Source of the DNA: a virus
Lineage: Duplodnaviria; Caudoviricetes
Virus record (IMG/VR): IMGVR_UViG_3300037755_000275
Span: 1 to 61,617 of that record
Length of the DNA: 61,617 nt
Direction: 5' to 3' (one strand)
Of this stretch, positions 9,640-20,097 are shown piece by piece. A program made the position numbers and the translations under genes. The notes below the pieces were generated by a model that worked only from the letters and a program-made list of their open reading frames with translations, did not search any database and was not told where the DNA came from. Position 1 is the stretch's first letter; each line of letters starts with the position of its first letter.

Positions 9640-9877
9640 GGCTTTCCTCCAACAGCCTCAGGGCCGTCTCCAAACACTCCTTGAGATCTTTTTTACCCCA
9701 GAAGGTCACGGCGCTGGAGTCGTCATCACCCTCCCTGTGCATGAAGGGTCCACTAACCTGATGGCTATTTGGAAGCGTTACTGGCAAGTAGAGATAGAAT
9801 CTAATCCCGGTAAATCCATCCTTCTCTACCAACTCCACACGGTTGGTCATTTCCTCCGCATAAATGTTAACTCGCAC
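9632..9877 (-). CDS. Hypothetical protein
   Basis: 81-aa coupled ORF with AGGAGG upstream. Confidence 0.6.
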   Translation of the reverse strand: MRVNIYAEEMTNRVELVEKDGFTGIRFYLYLPVTLPNSHQVSGPFMHREGDDDSSAVTFWGKKDLKECLETALRLLEESHG

Positions 9878-9972
9878 TTTGGGAATCCTCCTAACAAACA
9901 GGTGGGGTGGGGCAGTTCGTCGGCTGCCCCTCTACGTGCTACGGTCCATGCCCACGGGCCACGAACCACGGT

Positions 9973-11118
9973 CTACAGAATCGTCACATTGAGCAATCGG
10001 GCCACGTGAGTAGCCTTGCAGGCAATGGTCCGCCCTGGGCTCCCTGCGAACAACAGGCCCACCAGAAAGTTGTCCTCATCCACGATGGCCGACCCCGAAT
10101 CACCGCCCGCGCTAAACTCCCCTTGGTCCGCCTCAATGACCATCTGGTCGGCAAAGTCCGCGTTACCACGACCAGTTCCGTAGTTGACGGTCACGGCGGC
10201 GTTAAGACCTGTCACCGTGCCCTGTGCGTATTCCGTGGTCCGGCCTGATTTCCTGACCAGTTGCCCAGGTTGTGGGTCCCGTATGCCATTCAACCGGCCA
10301 ATTTTGTAGATGTCCAGATCCACGAACGTCTCATCAACACTGGAAATGGCTGCGTCCACCAAGTTAGGAGACGGTTGCTGGACCACGCGCATCCGGTCCA
10401 TGTCACGCAGAGTCAGCCTATTGCCACAGCCCACCAGCTCTGACAGCTTGTTTGCCGGCCACATCCATGCCTTCCACGCGGCAATGGCCGTGTTCTTTTT
10501 CGGCGGCCTCGGCGGCGGTGTACGGAAATTGATCTCCACCCATTCGCGCAGGTTGCCAAAAAAGTTCTGTATCGGCGTGCCACCGTCAATAGGCCCTGGT
10601 TGGTAGATGAAGTCACCGGGGCTGCCTTCGTTGCTGTTGGCCAGCACATGGTTGTTGGACAGGACATGGGGGACGCCGCCGAGGCCAACGTAACAGCCCA
10701 GGGTGCCTGCCGTGATCTGCTTGTGGCCGATGGAGTAGCCACCAGGGCAGGGTCGGAAACGTTCGGTGAGTTCTTGTGTCTGCCCCACCTGTACCCTGAG
10801 TTTGTTGGCTCGTTCCGTTAGGTCACCTAAGGTGGGTGGGACTAGCACACGCGGCCGGAACTCATCACCCACCTCCTGCACATCCGTCCGTACCCCGTCG
10901 ATGTGCTGCGGGATCTCTTCCAGTCGGCTGAGTTCCGCCCCACGTTTCTTCTTCTTCACATAGACCACGGCGCACCATTCTCCGGTACGCTGGCCATCCT
11001 TCTGCCGGAATCCCTCCGCGACCCCAACGATGTTGTCCACGGCCTCAGTGCCACTGGTGGTGACCAACGGCCGCAGCCTCCTGCACACTTGTTTGACTTT
11101 CTGTTGCATGGAATCCAT
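9973..11118 (-). CDS. Trypsin-like (S1) serine protease with N-terminal pro-domain
   Basis: Catalytic triad motifs SNNHVLA, VDAAI, GGDSGS; also GTLGC and KSGRTT. Start MDSMQQK follows GAAAGGA. Confidence 0.9.
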   Translation of the reverse strand: MDSMQQKVKQVCRRLRPLVTTSGTEAVDNIVGVAEGFRQKDGQRTGEWCAVVYVKKKKRGAELSRLEEIPQHIDGVRTDVQEVGDEFRPRVLVPPTLGDLTERANKLRVQVGQTQELTERFRPCPGGYSIGHKQITAGTLGCYVGLGGVPHVLSNNHVLANSNEGSPGDFIYQPGPIDGGTPIQNFFGNLREWVEINFRTPPPRPPKKNTAIAAWKAWMWPANKLSELVGCGNRLTLRDMDRMRVVQQPSPNLVDAAISSVDETFVDLDIYKIGRLNGIRDPQPGQLVRKSGRTTEYAQGTVTGLNAAVTVNYGTGRGNADFADQMVIEADQGEFSAGGDSGSAIVDEDNFLVGLLFAGSPGRTIACKATHVARLLNVTIL

Positions 11119-11140
11119 TGTTATTGTCCTTTCTACAGTC

Positions 11141-11983
11141 CTAGGTAACCTTACCCCTAGCCCTTGTGCGTGCCCGTATCCTGGCCACGATCTCCCTGGC
11201 CCGCTTCGGTGTAATCCCATCAATCATAGCCCAGCGTTCCCAGTCAGCGTTGAACATATCCTGCCCACTAAGGAATATCTCCTCACAGGCTTTGGACCGT
11301 TCCCAGGCCACCCCTGGGATCTCCTTAGCCACACACCTGATAAAACTGGGCTCCACGTTCCCCGGCGGCCTCACATGAGCCGGAAATCTCAAATGAGACT
11401 TGTGCTGATCCCACTTCTTTGATGCAAAGTGATGCCACAGAATAAATATCTCCATGGCCGTCTCCTGCGGCGTCCTGGTCTTGATAATCTGTACCGGGGT
11501 ATGCAGCCGTAACGTGGTCAAGTGACTGTCCAACGCGGCAAAGTGCATGGCCCGTGTACCCCATACCTGTTCCTTCCACCTGGTCCTACCCCCACGTTGC
11601 CCGGCCGGTAGCTCCAGCCTCAATGACTCCGGGTTCGCCCTGTACCACCCTTCTATGATTAAAAAGCTGAAATCGTAGACATGGAGCATGGCGGGGAGTT
11701 GGCCACCCGCGTACCGGCCCGATTCCATCGAACCAAGCATGTCACGGACCCGTTTGCGTTCAATGCCTACGGAGCACAGGCCGTCTGGGCCGTTGGGGGA
11801 CATGAAACAATAGTCACCGGCCTGGATCTTGCGGCTACGGTCTTCGGGGTGTGGGTACTGGAGCCGTTTGGACGTGATGGCCAGTTTGGTTCCTGAGAGT
11901 TGGACTATTTCACGCAGGAGCATGGTCATCTCCACACGGTTGCGGGCGTTGTCCTCGCGGTCGTCTACGTAGATGGTTGGCAT
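11141..11983 (-). CDS. ERCC4/XPF-type structure-specific nuclease with HhH motifs
   Basis: VDDRE, GDY, IERKRVRD, IIEG; C-terminal IPGV and IDGI HhH motifs. Confidence 0.85.
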   Translation of the reverse strand: MPTIYVDDREDNARNRVEMTMLLREIVQLSGTKLAITSKRLQYPHPEDRSRKIQAGDYCFMSPNGPDGLCSVGIERKRVRDMLGSMESGRYAGGQLPAMLHVYDFSFLIIEGWYRANPESLRLELPAGQRGGRTRWKEQVWGTRAMHFAALDSHLTTLRLHTPVQIIKTRTPQETAMEIFILWHHFASKKWDQHKSHLRFPAHVRPPGNVEPSFIRCVAKEIPGVAWERSKACEEIFLSGQDMFNADWERWAMIDGITPKRAREIVARIRARTRARGKVT

Positions 11984-12038
11984 TGGGCACGGGGTGGTCT
12001 ATGGGCTATGGCATGGGACTATGGCACAGGGCTACGGT

Positions 12039-12359
12039 CTAGGACACTTTCCGCAGCCGTTCGTACTTGGTCATGATGTTGGACCAGGCGGTGCGGGCGT
12101 CCAGTAACCCTGGCTGATGGCCCTCAAACCAGAATTTGATATACAGGCCCTCCAACTCGGATACCAGGTCATCGTAGGCAGCCTGTTTCTCAGACCGCAT
12201 GGGGATCTCACTTTTTGGCATTTGCCACCTCTGGCCGCAGGTACAGGTCCCCTCGTAGTAGCGGCCTTTCAGGACTGCTTGGAATGTGGATTGGCAATTG
12301 CGGCAGACGGCAGTGGTTGTTTCCACTGGGTACTGCGTGGTGTCAGTCTTGTCAGTCAT
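12039..12359 (-). CDS. Zn-ribbon hypothetical protein
   Basis: CRNC...CTCG. Confidence 0.55.
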   Translation of the reverse strand: MTDKTDTTQYPVETTTAVCRNCQSTFQAVLKGRYYEGTCTCGQRWQMPKSEIPMRSEKQAAYDDLVSELEGLYIKFWFEGHQPGLLDARTAWSNIMTKYERLRKVS

Positions 12360-13189
12360 GACCAATCATCCTTGGTGCTGTTGGGGAATACTTTGCGCCC
12401 CAGCACGGCGAAGGAGCACAGCGGACCGGCCAGCTCCAGGCCGCGTAGCTCTGGGCGTTGTCTACAGTTCAAGACCCGGATGCCAAATTCATCGTCTTCG
12501 GCATCTTCACCTTCGTCCACAAAGTGTTCAATGTTGACTTGGACAGCAAAGGCCATGTCACCGAACCCGGAACGTTCATAGGATTTGCCGTCCCACTTAT
12601 CGTCCTTGTAGGCTTTCTTGACCTTGTGGGTGACGATGAGGTTGAGATTCTTGCGCTCGTAGGCCATCTGGATAGCACGGCGGTACTCACGGTTGATGCC
12701 ACCGTAGTGGTGTGACTTGACCTGTTCCAGTTTGCCAAATTCCGCCAGGCGGGCCAGTTCCCAGGCTTCCGACCCGGTGTCAATGACTAAGGTACGGATC
12801 AGCGGGGAGGCGACACAGACCCGGATAGCGTTGAGGCAGTCCGACCACTCGTCTTCGTATTCCTGTTGGCGCGGGACCTTGCCCTCAATCTCCTTGCGGG
12901 CAATCATGTTGAACTCCTTGTGGATAATCATGCGGTTGTGGTCCCGCTTGTTGACTACACCCTCCGTGCCAATGTCAAAGTCGATCAAGGCGACGGGGGC
13001 CGGGGGCGTGTGGAGTGCCCAGTGAGTTTTGCCGGTCTTCTCCAACGATGATGAGGCCACGACCAGGCGGCGGTATTCGGAGTCATCGGATTCGATGAAA
13101 CCAGCGTCCACGATATCCAGGATTTCAGATACTGGGACGTTCATGGCGGCCGCCAGCCGTTTTGCTTCTTCTTTGATCTTGTTTGCCAT
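12356..13189 (-). CDS. AAA_24/Sak4-like P-loop ATPase
   Basis: Walker A variant SLEKTGKT, Walker B LVIDT, LIVTH. Lies in the replication module. Confidence 0.75.
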   Translation of the reverse strand: MANKIKEEAKRLAAAMNVPVSEILDIVDAGFIESDDSEYRRLVVASSSLEKTGKTHWALHTPPAPVALIDFDIGTEGVVNKRDHNRMIIHKEFNMIARKEIEGKVPRQQEYEDEWSDCLNAIRVCVASPLIRTLVIDTGSEAWELARLAEFGKLEQVKSHHYGGINREYRRAIQMAYERKNLNLIVTHKVKKAYKDDKWDGKSYERSGFGDMAFAVQVNIEHFVDEGEDAEDDEFGIRVLNCRQRPELRGLELAGPLCSFAVLGRKVFPNSTKDDWS

Positions 13190-13348
13190 CACCCCTCCTT
13201 GATAATTCCTTTTTGAGCCGCTCCACATCGCCTACAAGTCGAGCGATAGGCGTCCACGGCCAGCCAAACGTGGAGCGCTCACCAATCATGCGTAGCCATT
13301 GGGAGCGCTCAGTTGTGGTCGTCGGTTTTGTCGGATCGGTGATTCCCA

Positions 13349-14130
13349 TTATGGGCCACTGATCGGATTGGTCACCTTGCCATCCCGGCCACTGCTGATG
13401 ACGTAGATAGCGATTTCCGCCACGTCCGGGAACTGCCCACGGAAATAGCCCCTGTACTTGTCCCGTAGATACAGGGTCAGGCGATTTTCCATGGCCACCA
13501 GCCGCTCCCAGGACTCGTGCTCCTGGGCCTGTTTCTCAGCCCTGGACTGGTCCTGTGCATCCATGGCCCGTTCCAGCACATCCACGCGCCTGTAGCGTGG
13601 TCTCTGGCCACACTGGTCATTGGTGCAGGAATACTGGGCGTTGCCGGTAGGGTCCACGTGCCAGTCCTCTTTGCGGTCGGAACGTTTCATATGTATCTGA
13701 CACACGGGACAACGCATTCCACCAAGTTGATATGACCCCCCCGGTGCCACGTACAAGAGATGAGTACCTGACCCGATGGACTCAATGGAGACGCGTAGTT
13801 TCTGTGGTTGGAACACAGCCCGTAGTATGTTGGTCAGGTAGGTCATTTCCTGGACCCCTTGGCCTTGGGGGTGTGGACCCGGCTCAGGTCCGCCATGTTG
13901 TGTGGACAGCTCAACAGTCCCAGCGCCGCCGTCAGAAACTCAATCACTTCCGGGTTGCGGATCATCACCACATTGGTCAGGGTCTCACCGTCGAATACGG
14001 GGGAGCCAAATCTGACAGCAATTTCCGGTTTCTTGTCCAGGTTCACTTCCCCACCGTTGGGGGCATGGATCTGGATAATGTCATCCACGTCGATGTAGCC
14101 GAACTTCGGTAGATAGATAAACTGTGCCAT
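13349..14130 (-). CDS. Two hypothetical proteins (13349-13846 with a CPVC...CTNDQC Zn ribbon; 13843-14130)
   Basis: ATGA-coupled ORFs. Confidence 0.55.
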
Positions 14131-14160
14131 TGGGTCATCCTTTCATGGGTTGTAGATCAT

Positions 14161-14280
14161 GGGAAGGAGCCGCGTAAACTCCGGCAAACCGTCTCATAAA
14201 CAGTTGCGCCGGTAGCGGAGGCGTCGGCTCCCTCCCCGTCCCCCATAGGCTAAGGACACCTCCACTAGCCTACGGGGAAA
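14161..14280 (-). other. Structured intergenic region (two long stem-loops)
   Basis: Minus strand: CCCCGTAGGCTA/TAGCCTATGGGG, and GGGAGCCG...CGGCTCCTTCCC enclosing an inner helix. Confidence 0.55.
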
Positions 14281-14317
14281 TCGTCAGTCCGCGTCAGTCA
14301 GACCAACGGATCACGGC

Positions 14318-15205
14318 CTACTCCAACTCGATGGAGTCACCGTCCACGGCCACCCCATCCAGCTTGGCCAGCCACTTCCGATCATTGAGGTACTCATTCA
14401 TGATCGTCTTGCGGGTCTTCTTGTCAAGGTCAGCCGGCAGACCATCCTGGTACACTTCCAGGATCATGTCATCAATGGGCATGGCGTCCCCGGCCTTCAG
14501 CAAGACCTTCTTGATGGCCTTGGCCGCAATGGCCTCGTTGTCGTCACCGTCACCGGAGTCAGAGTCGGCGTCTTGATCCTTTCCAGTAGCCTTGCTGGCC
14601 TTGGTCTTGGACCCAGCGCCAGAGCCCTTGGACGTGGCGGCACCCTTCTTAGCCCCCTTCTTGTCCCACGGGAAGCTGTGAACATCGCTGACGACCACGA
14701 CTTCATTTTCCCGCTTCTCACCGCTGTCCTCGGCCTGACGCCGCCGTGAGCCGCCACCCGTGGATCGCCCCGCCCCGGAGAACCCCTTGTAGGGCACCCG
14801 CATGATGTGGGCCGAAGTCCCATCCAAGTGGTCCGCCGAAGTGCCAAACTCCTCCAGGTGGTCATCGTCCAAGCCGCAGCCCTTGAGTGAGTCCATGAAC
14901 GCCTGGTACTTGGAATTTTTGGCCAGGCTGCTGCGTTCAGAACCCTCGGCCGCCACCAGGTACATGCCATCCTTGGACGGCATGAAATCATCGTCGCCGC
15001 CAACCGACCAGGTTAGTTCATGGGCTTCCTCGTCGCCCTCAACCACGGCATCAAATGCAAACACGGTGATTTTGAGATCACCATTAGGGTACTGCCACCG
15101 CATGAAGCGGCAGTTTTTGAACGTCACGTCCACGTCGTTGAGCAGACCTGCCGACACAAATTCAATGTGTGACACTCTGCGTTCTTCTGTACTTCGCTTT
15201 GCCAT
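14318..15205 (-). CDS. Probable ssDNA-binding/annealing protein
   Basis: Beta-rich acidic N-domain with a Lys/Gly and acidic linker. Sits between the helicase and AAA ATPase; function inferred from context. Confidence 0.45.
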   Translation of the reverse strand: MAKRSTEERRVSHIEFVSAGLLNDVDVTFKNCRFMRWQYPNGDLKITVFAFDAVVEGDEEAHELTWSVGGDDDFMPSKDGMYLVAAEGSERSSLAKNSKYQAFMDSLKGCGLDDDHLEEFGTSADHLDGTSAHIMRVPYKGFSGAGRSTGGGSRRRQAEDSGEKRENEVVVVSDVHSFPWDKKGAKKGAATSKGSGAGSKTKASKATGKDQDADSDSGDGDDNEAIAAKAIKKVLLKAGDAMPIDDMILEVYQDGLPADLDKKTRKTIMNEYLNDRKWLAKLDGVAVDGDSIELE

Positions 15206-15269
15206 CAGTGTTCTATCCTTTCGTCTGTAGTTTTGTGATTGGCCTTTTGGGAGGGCTTTCCCAGTCCGG

Positions 15270-17027
15270 TCAGAACGGGCAATCATCCTCCAGGACTTCA
15301 CGAACTGGTTGGCCAGCCCAGTTCAAACCCTTGGAATCATATTCTTGCTTCAAAGTCGCCATGTGCTCGGTGGTCAAGTCGAATGAGGACTTGGTATCCA
15401 CCCCTAGTTCCTCCAGCTCACCAATACTGGCTGGCGGCCCTGGCAGCGTCTCCTTGAACTTGACCCGGAACCAATCCGGTATCAAATGCCCATACCGCTT
15501 GCTCACCCAGAACCAGTTATCATCCACGATGATCGTCTCGCAACTATCTGACTCCGACCGCATACCCCTGCCTGATTGCTGCACCAACTCCTGGATCATC
15601 AGATATGCCGCATACTGCTTGTCCTCCTTCTGCCTAGCCACCATCACAGCGCTCTGACTCGTGGGAAATGGCAGTTTGGTGATTAAAACAAACTCACATT
15701 GGAGCCCAGGAAAGTCATAGCCCGTGCCGACCGAGGGGGACAGCAGCCAGCATGGCTTACGGGAAGTTTTGAACCGGGCTACGGTCTCGGCCGTGGAGCG
15801 GGAGTCGTGGATTAAGCACAAGGGGGCCAAGTCCGGGTAGTTGGTAGAGATAAAGTTGTAGATTTGCTGTTGGCGCTTGTAGCTGACCGTATGGACGATG
15901 CCTTTGCGGTCGGTGCGGCGCTTGAGTACCTGGGCTATACGGTGTAGCCATAGTTCGATGTTGGCCGGTTTGGTTTTGAATGTGATTGCCGCTGTCTTGA
16001 CATGGTAGACCGGGGCGCGTTTGCGTGGAAATACGTAAGGGAAGCTGTGGAATGAGTACTTGTCTTTGGAGACGCCGAGTAGGGCCAGGGTCTTGGGCGT
16101 CAAGGTAGCAGACATGAGGATGACCTTAGGGACGCCTTTGAATAGCCAGGACTCAGAATGCTGGAAGGGCCATACGGGGTCCAGTTGCCAGCCATCTGAC
16201 ACGGCTTCCACCACCCAGTGACCGTGCATGGTGGCCATCGTATGGACCTTTTGCAGGATCTTTTCAAGGCGGTTTTTTGACTTGAGCATCGCGCCACCCT
16301 CGCGTTCGGCACCAGCATACTGTGATATCCATGCTTCGGTCGTGGCGCGGCTGATAATCTGTTTGGACCATAGGGACCAGCCTTGGGGGATTTCACCGTC
16401 GTCAGGTGGGTTGACCCGGAGAAAGTCCAGGTCATCCGGGGTAATGACTACCTGCATCAGGTTGGATAATTCTGCCGGCGCATCGTGGCCCTCGTCCAGG
16501 ATCAAGATATCCACGTGGCCGAGACCCTGAGCAAATTTGTTGACTAAGACCCAATAGGAATAGTTGGTGATGACCAGCTTGGAATTGATGGCAGCAGCGT
16601 AGGCCATGCGGTAGGGACAGGTGCCGCCCCAATTGATGCAGTCCGTGGGCCGACACTTGGAACTATGGATGTCACACAGTTTGGCGCGACAGGCCCGTGA
16701 GTACTCCTCACAGGTGAATTGCCGGTTGCCAACACACTGGTAGTTGTTGCGGCCTTTGACGAGTTTGAGCCCACATTCGCCAAAGTCGGCCAATAACTGT
16801 TCCTGTAGGGCCTTGGTCGACGTGAGGTACACCACCCGTTTCTTTTCAGCCAGGGCCACGGCGATGCCCACCAGTGACTTCCCCAGCCCCGTGGGCGCAC
16901 TGATGGCCACAAACCTATGGTCTGAGTCCAAGGCTGCGGCAATGGCGTCAGCCTGGCCCGGACGCCAACCGGTGTACTTGGTCGGCAGTCCGAGTTTGGA
17001 CGGCGCTAGTGATGAGATCCAGTGCAT
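15270..17027 (-). CDS. DinG/XPD family SF2 helicase (Fe-S)
   Basis: APTGLGKS, KGRNNYQC...CPY, DEGH, MSATL, QQSGRGMRS. Start codon uncertain. Confidence 0.92.
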   Translation of the reverse strand: MHWISSLAPSKLGLPTKYTGWRPGQADAIAAALDSDHRFVAISAPTGLGKSLVGIAVALAEKKRVVYLTSTKALQEQLLADFGECGLKLVKGRNNYQCVGNRQFTCEEYSRACRAKLCDIHSSKCRPTDCINWGGTCPYRMAYAAAINSKLVITNYSYWVLVNKFAQGLGHVDILILDEGHDAPAELSNLMQVVITPDDLDFLRVNPPDDGEIPQGWSLWSKQIISRATTEAWISQYAGAEREGGAMLKSKNRLEKILQKVHTMATMHGHWVVEAVSDGWQLDPVWPFQHSESWLFKGVPKVILMSATLTPKTLALLGVSKDKYSFHSFPYVFPRKRAPVYHVKTAAITFKTKPANIELWLHRIAQVLKRRTDRKGIVHTVSYKRQQQIYNFISTNYPDLAPLCLIHDSRSTAETVARFKTSRKPCWLLSPSVGTGYDFPGLQCEFVLITKLPFPTSQSAVMVARQKEDKQYAAYLMIQELVQQSGRGMRSESDSCETIIVDDNWFWVSKRYGHLIPDWFRVKFKETLPGPPASIGELEELGVDTKSSFDLTTEHMATLKQEYDSKGLNWAGQPVREVLEDDCPF

Positions 17028-17059
17028 GAGTTTGGCCGGGGGTCCCTCTCCCCTGTGTA

Positions 17060-17746
17060 CTACTTTCCAGTAACCCTCTTGGCTCTGTCGTAGCCCAGCA
17101 CCTTGGCCGTTAGCTCCACGAGCCACTTTTCCATCTCATGGTGGGAGACAAACAGCAGCACTGCCTCATGGCTGTTGATATCCGTAAACCCTACTTGGCG
17201 CTTGTCAGCATGTACCGTGATCGGCTGCCTGAGTACCAATGTTACTGCCACATCGCCCTCCACAAATCGTCCGGGATCTGCCTACGGTATTTTCTCACCA
17301 TGTCCCTGGCACGTTCGGCCGTCTCGTCAGTCAGCCGTGAAGCCATAGCCCATGAGTGCCCATTGAAAGAATCCAATTTGTTGAACCCCTGGCCGTCCAG
17401 AGAGGTGGCCCCGTCGCACAGACCGGCCAAGTGCTTGACCACGGCATGGACGGCGGCGGCGTTGATAAACCGCACGGAGCTGATTCTACGTTCCATGGTC
17501 GGGCCTCGGCCTGTTTTCAACATCTATGATCTGTAGCACCAACCGGCGACGTGGGTAGATACCCTTGGACTTTGTCCAAACCGTGATCTGATCCCCCAAC
17601 TCAAATTTGTGGCCAAGCGCCCTATGGAACGCACTGAGGTTGCCTGACCTTTCCATATCTACCGTGGCGTGGACCACCGCGCCGACTCTCCTGGCATCCA
17701 GACCCCAGTTGGTGTGCTCAGCCACGGCAAGCCCTTCCATTGACAC
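17060..17746 (-). CDS. Three small hypothetical proteins (17060-17263, 17242-17523, 17486-17746)
   Basis: Overlapping coupled ORFs. The middle one has CDGATSLDGQGFNKLD...KYRRQI. Confidence 0.5.
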
Positions 17747-17911
17747 TGTGGACGGTAAACCCAGGATGTGGAAGGGGGCCTACGCAGTATACGTGCACTG
17801 GAAAAGAGAATACCAAAATGGCTTTATCCGTCAACGGGGTACTTAACTCCTTTATCATCTATAGCTTTACTGTTGACGGAACTTTTTCTCTTTCCGTCAA
17901 CAACAGGCGTC

Positions 17912-19357
17912 TTAGTCCTCAAAAACAGTGCTGTTGACCCGCATTTCCTCCGCTACAAAGTCAATGTGGGATACGCGGCGGGGCTTGAACCGGAGCCCGT
18001 GGTGGCCACGTTTGCAGCCACCGGACCGAAGTGTGGAAGGGAAACCCTCTTTTTCAAGCCGCATACCCCACCACCGCTTGGTCTGTGTCTCCTGCAAAAA
18101 GTCTTCGCAGGACTGCTCGTAGGACTCCCACAGGTCGGCATTGGACACCCAGCCGGACTGGTCACGGTCGAAGGTTTCCGCCAGCCAGAACCCCATGTGG
18201 TCGGACTCGGCACGGAAGGCCATCGTTTCCTTTTCCACGCTATTGGGCGGGTCAAACCGCTCACCGTTGGCATAGAAGGCCCTGGAGCCTTCGATTAGCC
18301 AAGCCAGGACGGCTCTGGACGCGCCCATGGGGTCACAGAGATGCGCCTTGAGGGTGTGGTCCTCGCGTTCGGCCACGTGGGGCATCGGGATGCAGATGAT
18401 ACGACGCCACCAGCCGGAATCCGGGGCTGAGTCCAGGGAAGGGAACCTGTTGCACGTGCTGACACAACTCCAGGTCTGGCGCAGTTCTTTGCCGGTACGG
18501 AACAGGGAGCGGGCGCGGAAGTCATCGCCGCCGGAGAGGGCCTTGATGATATTGGCGTCCAGGGTGGAGGAACCTGGCAGCTCTGTAGTGAGCACCAGAC
18601 GTTTCCCATCCCAGGATGCTAAGTCCTCCCGTGGGGTGCCGGCCTTATGCCTTAGAAAGCTGTCATGATTGGTGGTCATGGCATAGGGGGAGATGGCACG
18701 GATAATGGCTTTGGTTAAGGTACCTTTGCCGCTGCCACCACGGCCGCGTATCAGGACAAATTTCTCTTTGCTGTTGGAGCCAGTAAGGGAGTAGCCGAAG
18801 TAAGTCTGGAGGAAGACCTGTAGTTTGTAGTCACCGCCGGTTGCCTCAAGCAGGAACTTTTCCCAGCGGGCGTCCCTGGCATCCGGCTCATACTTGGTAT
18901 CCGTGTGCCAGGTAATGCGGTCGGATCGCTGAGCCTCGGTGAGTTGGCCTGTATGCAGGTTTACCACGCCATTGGAGACGCCGAGTAAGTAGGGGTCGGT
19001 GTTGAACGTGGAATTGGGTACGGATACGAAATCCTCAGTTTTGACCAGGTCCAACATATCGTAGATCGTGCGGCGTCTGCCCAGTGTAATCTCCAGGTCA
19101 ACGCCCACGCTGCGGTCAAATTCATCACAACAAGTGGCCAGAAAGTCTTTGGCAAGGCGGGTAGCTGCCCCATGCCCAGGGCCATCCATGTCAGTGCGGT
19201 CCACCAGCCAACGGGACATCTCATCATTCCAGACTACCCAGTGTTTGTGGGAAGGAACCCAATGGATAGAGCCTCGGTATTGCCTGGCAAACAGGTGGGC
19301 GCGGCCGGCGTCTGATTGGACAAGTAATGCCGCTTCCTTGGTACGCATTCCAGACAT
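17912..19357 (-). CDS. D5/P4-type SF3 helicase (D5_N + ATPase; no primase domain visible)
   Basis: NGVVNLHTG; Walker A GRGGSGKGT; IKALSGGD..ARSLF; WWRRI. Confidence 0.9.
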   Translation of the reverse strand: MSGMRTKEAALLVQSDAGRAHLFARQYRGSIHWVPSHKHWVVWNDEMSRWLVDRTDMDGPGHGAATRLAKDFLATCCDEFDRSVGVDLEITLGRRRTIYDMLDLVKTEDFVSVPNSTFNTDPYLLGVSNGVVNLHTGQLTEAQRSDRITWHTDTKYEPDARDARWEKFLLEATGGDYKLQVFLQTYFGYSLTGSNSKEKFVLIRGRGGSGKGTLTKAIIRAISPYAMTTNHDSFLRHKAGTPREDLASWDGKRLVLTTELPGSSTLDANIIKALSGGDDFRARSLFRTGKELRQTWSCVSTCNRFPSLDSAPDSGWWRRIICIPMPHVAEREDHTLKAHLCDPMGASRAVLAWLIEGSRAFYANGERFDPPNSVEKETMAFRAESDHMGFWLAETFDRDQSGWVSNADLWESYEQSCEDFLQETQTKRWWGMRLEKEGFPSTLRSGGCKRGHHGLRFKPRRVSHIDFVAEEMRVNSTVFED

Positions 19358-19720
19358 TCAGTTGGTCCTCGGTACGCGGTGGGCTGTGACGATACCGGAC
19401 TCGGCGGCACGGGCCTGTTCAATAACCGGGAGCAGAGCGGCGGCCTCATTCTGAAGGCCAGTCACCTTCGTGGCTTCCAAGTCAGTCAACCCCTGGAGTA
19501 TTTTTCCAAAGCCGCCAACAAGGATGTCCACGTTATCACTGATAGGTCCCGGTAATTCCGGCAGCGATTCACTGAGTCCGTTGATGGCGTCAACGATATC
19601 GGCCAGACCTGCAATTACTTGCTCGTGGTAACTGGCTCTTGCCAGCAGACCTTCACGGTAGGCTTCTATCTGTCTGGACTGTGGGACAGGTTGGGACGAT
19701 CCCGGCAGTGGGGATGACAT
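19358..19720 (-). CDS. Helical hypothetical protein
   Basis: 120-aa ORF with GAGGT RBS, first gene of the replication operon. Confidence 0.6.
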   Translation of the reverse strand: MSSPLPGSSQPVPQSRQIEAYREGLLARASYHEQVIAGLADIVDAINGLSESLPELPGPISDNVDILVGGFGKILQGLTDLEATKVTGLQNEAAALLPVIEQARAAESGIVTAHRVPRTN

Positions 19721-19783
19721 ACAGCTACACCTCGTAGTTGGTGGGTAACAGGGCGTAGGACCCTGTTCCGCAGCGACTTATCC

Positions 19784-19812
19784 ACCTTAGCACTGTGTAT
19801 CCTGGGAGTCAA
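19784..19812 (-). promoter_or_regulatory. Sigma70-type promoter of the replication operon
   Basis: TTGACT-17-TAAGGT with TGn extension and an AT-rich upstream tract. A tandem GGAGTTACCA x2 lies at 19859-19878. Confidence 0.65.
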
Positions 19813-19890
19813 CACTTTTTTATTGCTATTTGCAGTATTTTTGTGGCAATATCTAAGAGGAGTTACCAGGAGTTACCAGACACCCATCTT

Positions 19891-20097
19891 ATGGTTAAAA
19901 GGCACCAAAAAGGAGACGCTTGTGAAGTAGTCCAATTTGGAAAAGTGGCCCGGCGGGCGGGAGTGTCCCGCACTGTCGCCTACCGGGTCCTCAAATACCG
20001 CAACCGCCGCCCCAGTTGGGAGATGGCTTGTAAGCTGGCGGATTCAATGGGCTGGAGCCTTGACCAGTTACGGCATTACCTGGAGCAAGCTGCATGA
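19891..20097 (+). CDS. XRE/Cro-type HTH regulator, divergent from the replication operon
   Basis: KVARRAGVSRTVAYRVL...RRPSWEMACKLADSMG. Confidence 0.8.
   Translation: MVKRHQKGDACEVVQFGKVARRAGVSRTVAYRVLKYRNRRPSWEMACKLADSMGWSLDQLRHYLEQAA

Noticed and set aside
12356-13189. P-loop ATPase as the packaging ATPase
   Set aside because: It sits in the replication operon beside the SSB-like and ERCC4 genes, and its motifs fit AAA_24/Sak4 rather than FtsK/HerA or terminase.
14131-14317. tRNA in structured intergenic regions (also 37713-37940)
   Set aside because: No cloverleaf, T-loop GTTCRA or CCA arrangement was seen.
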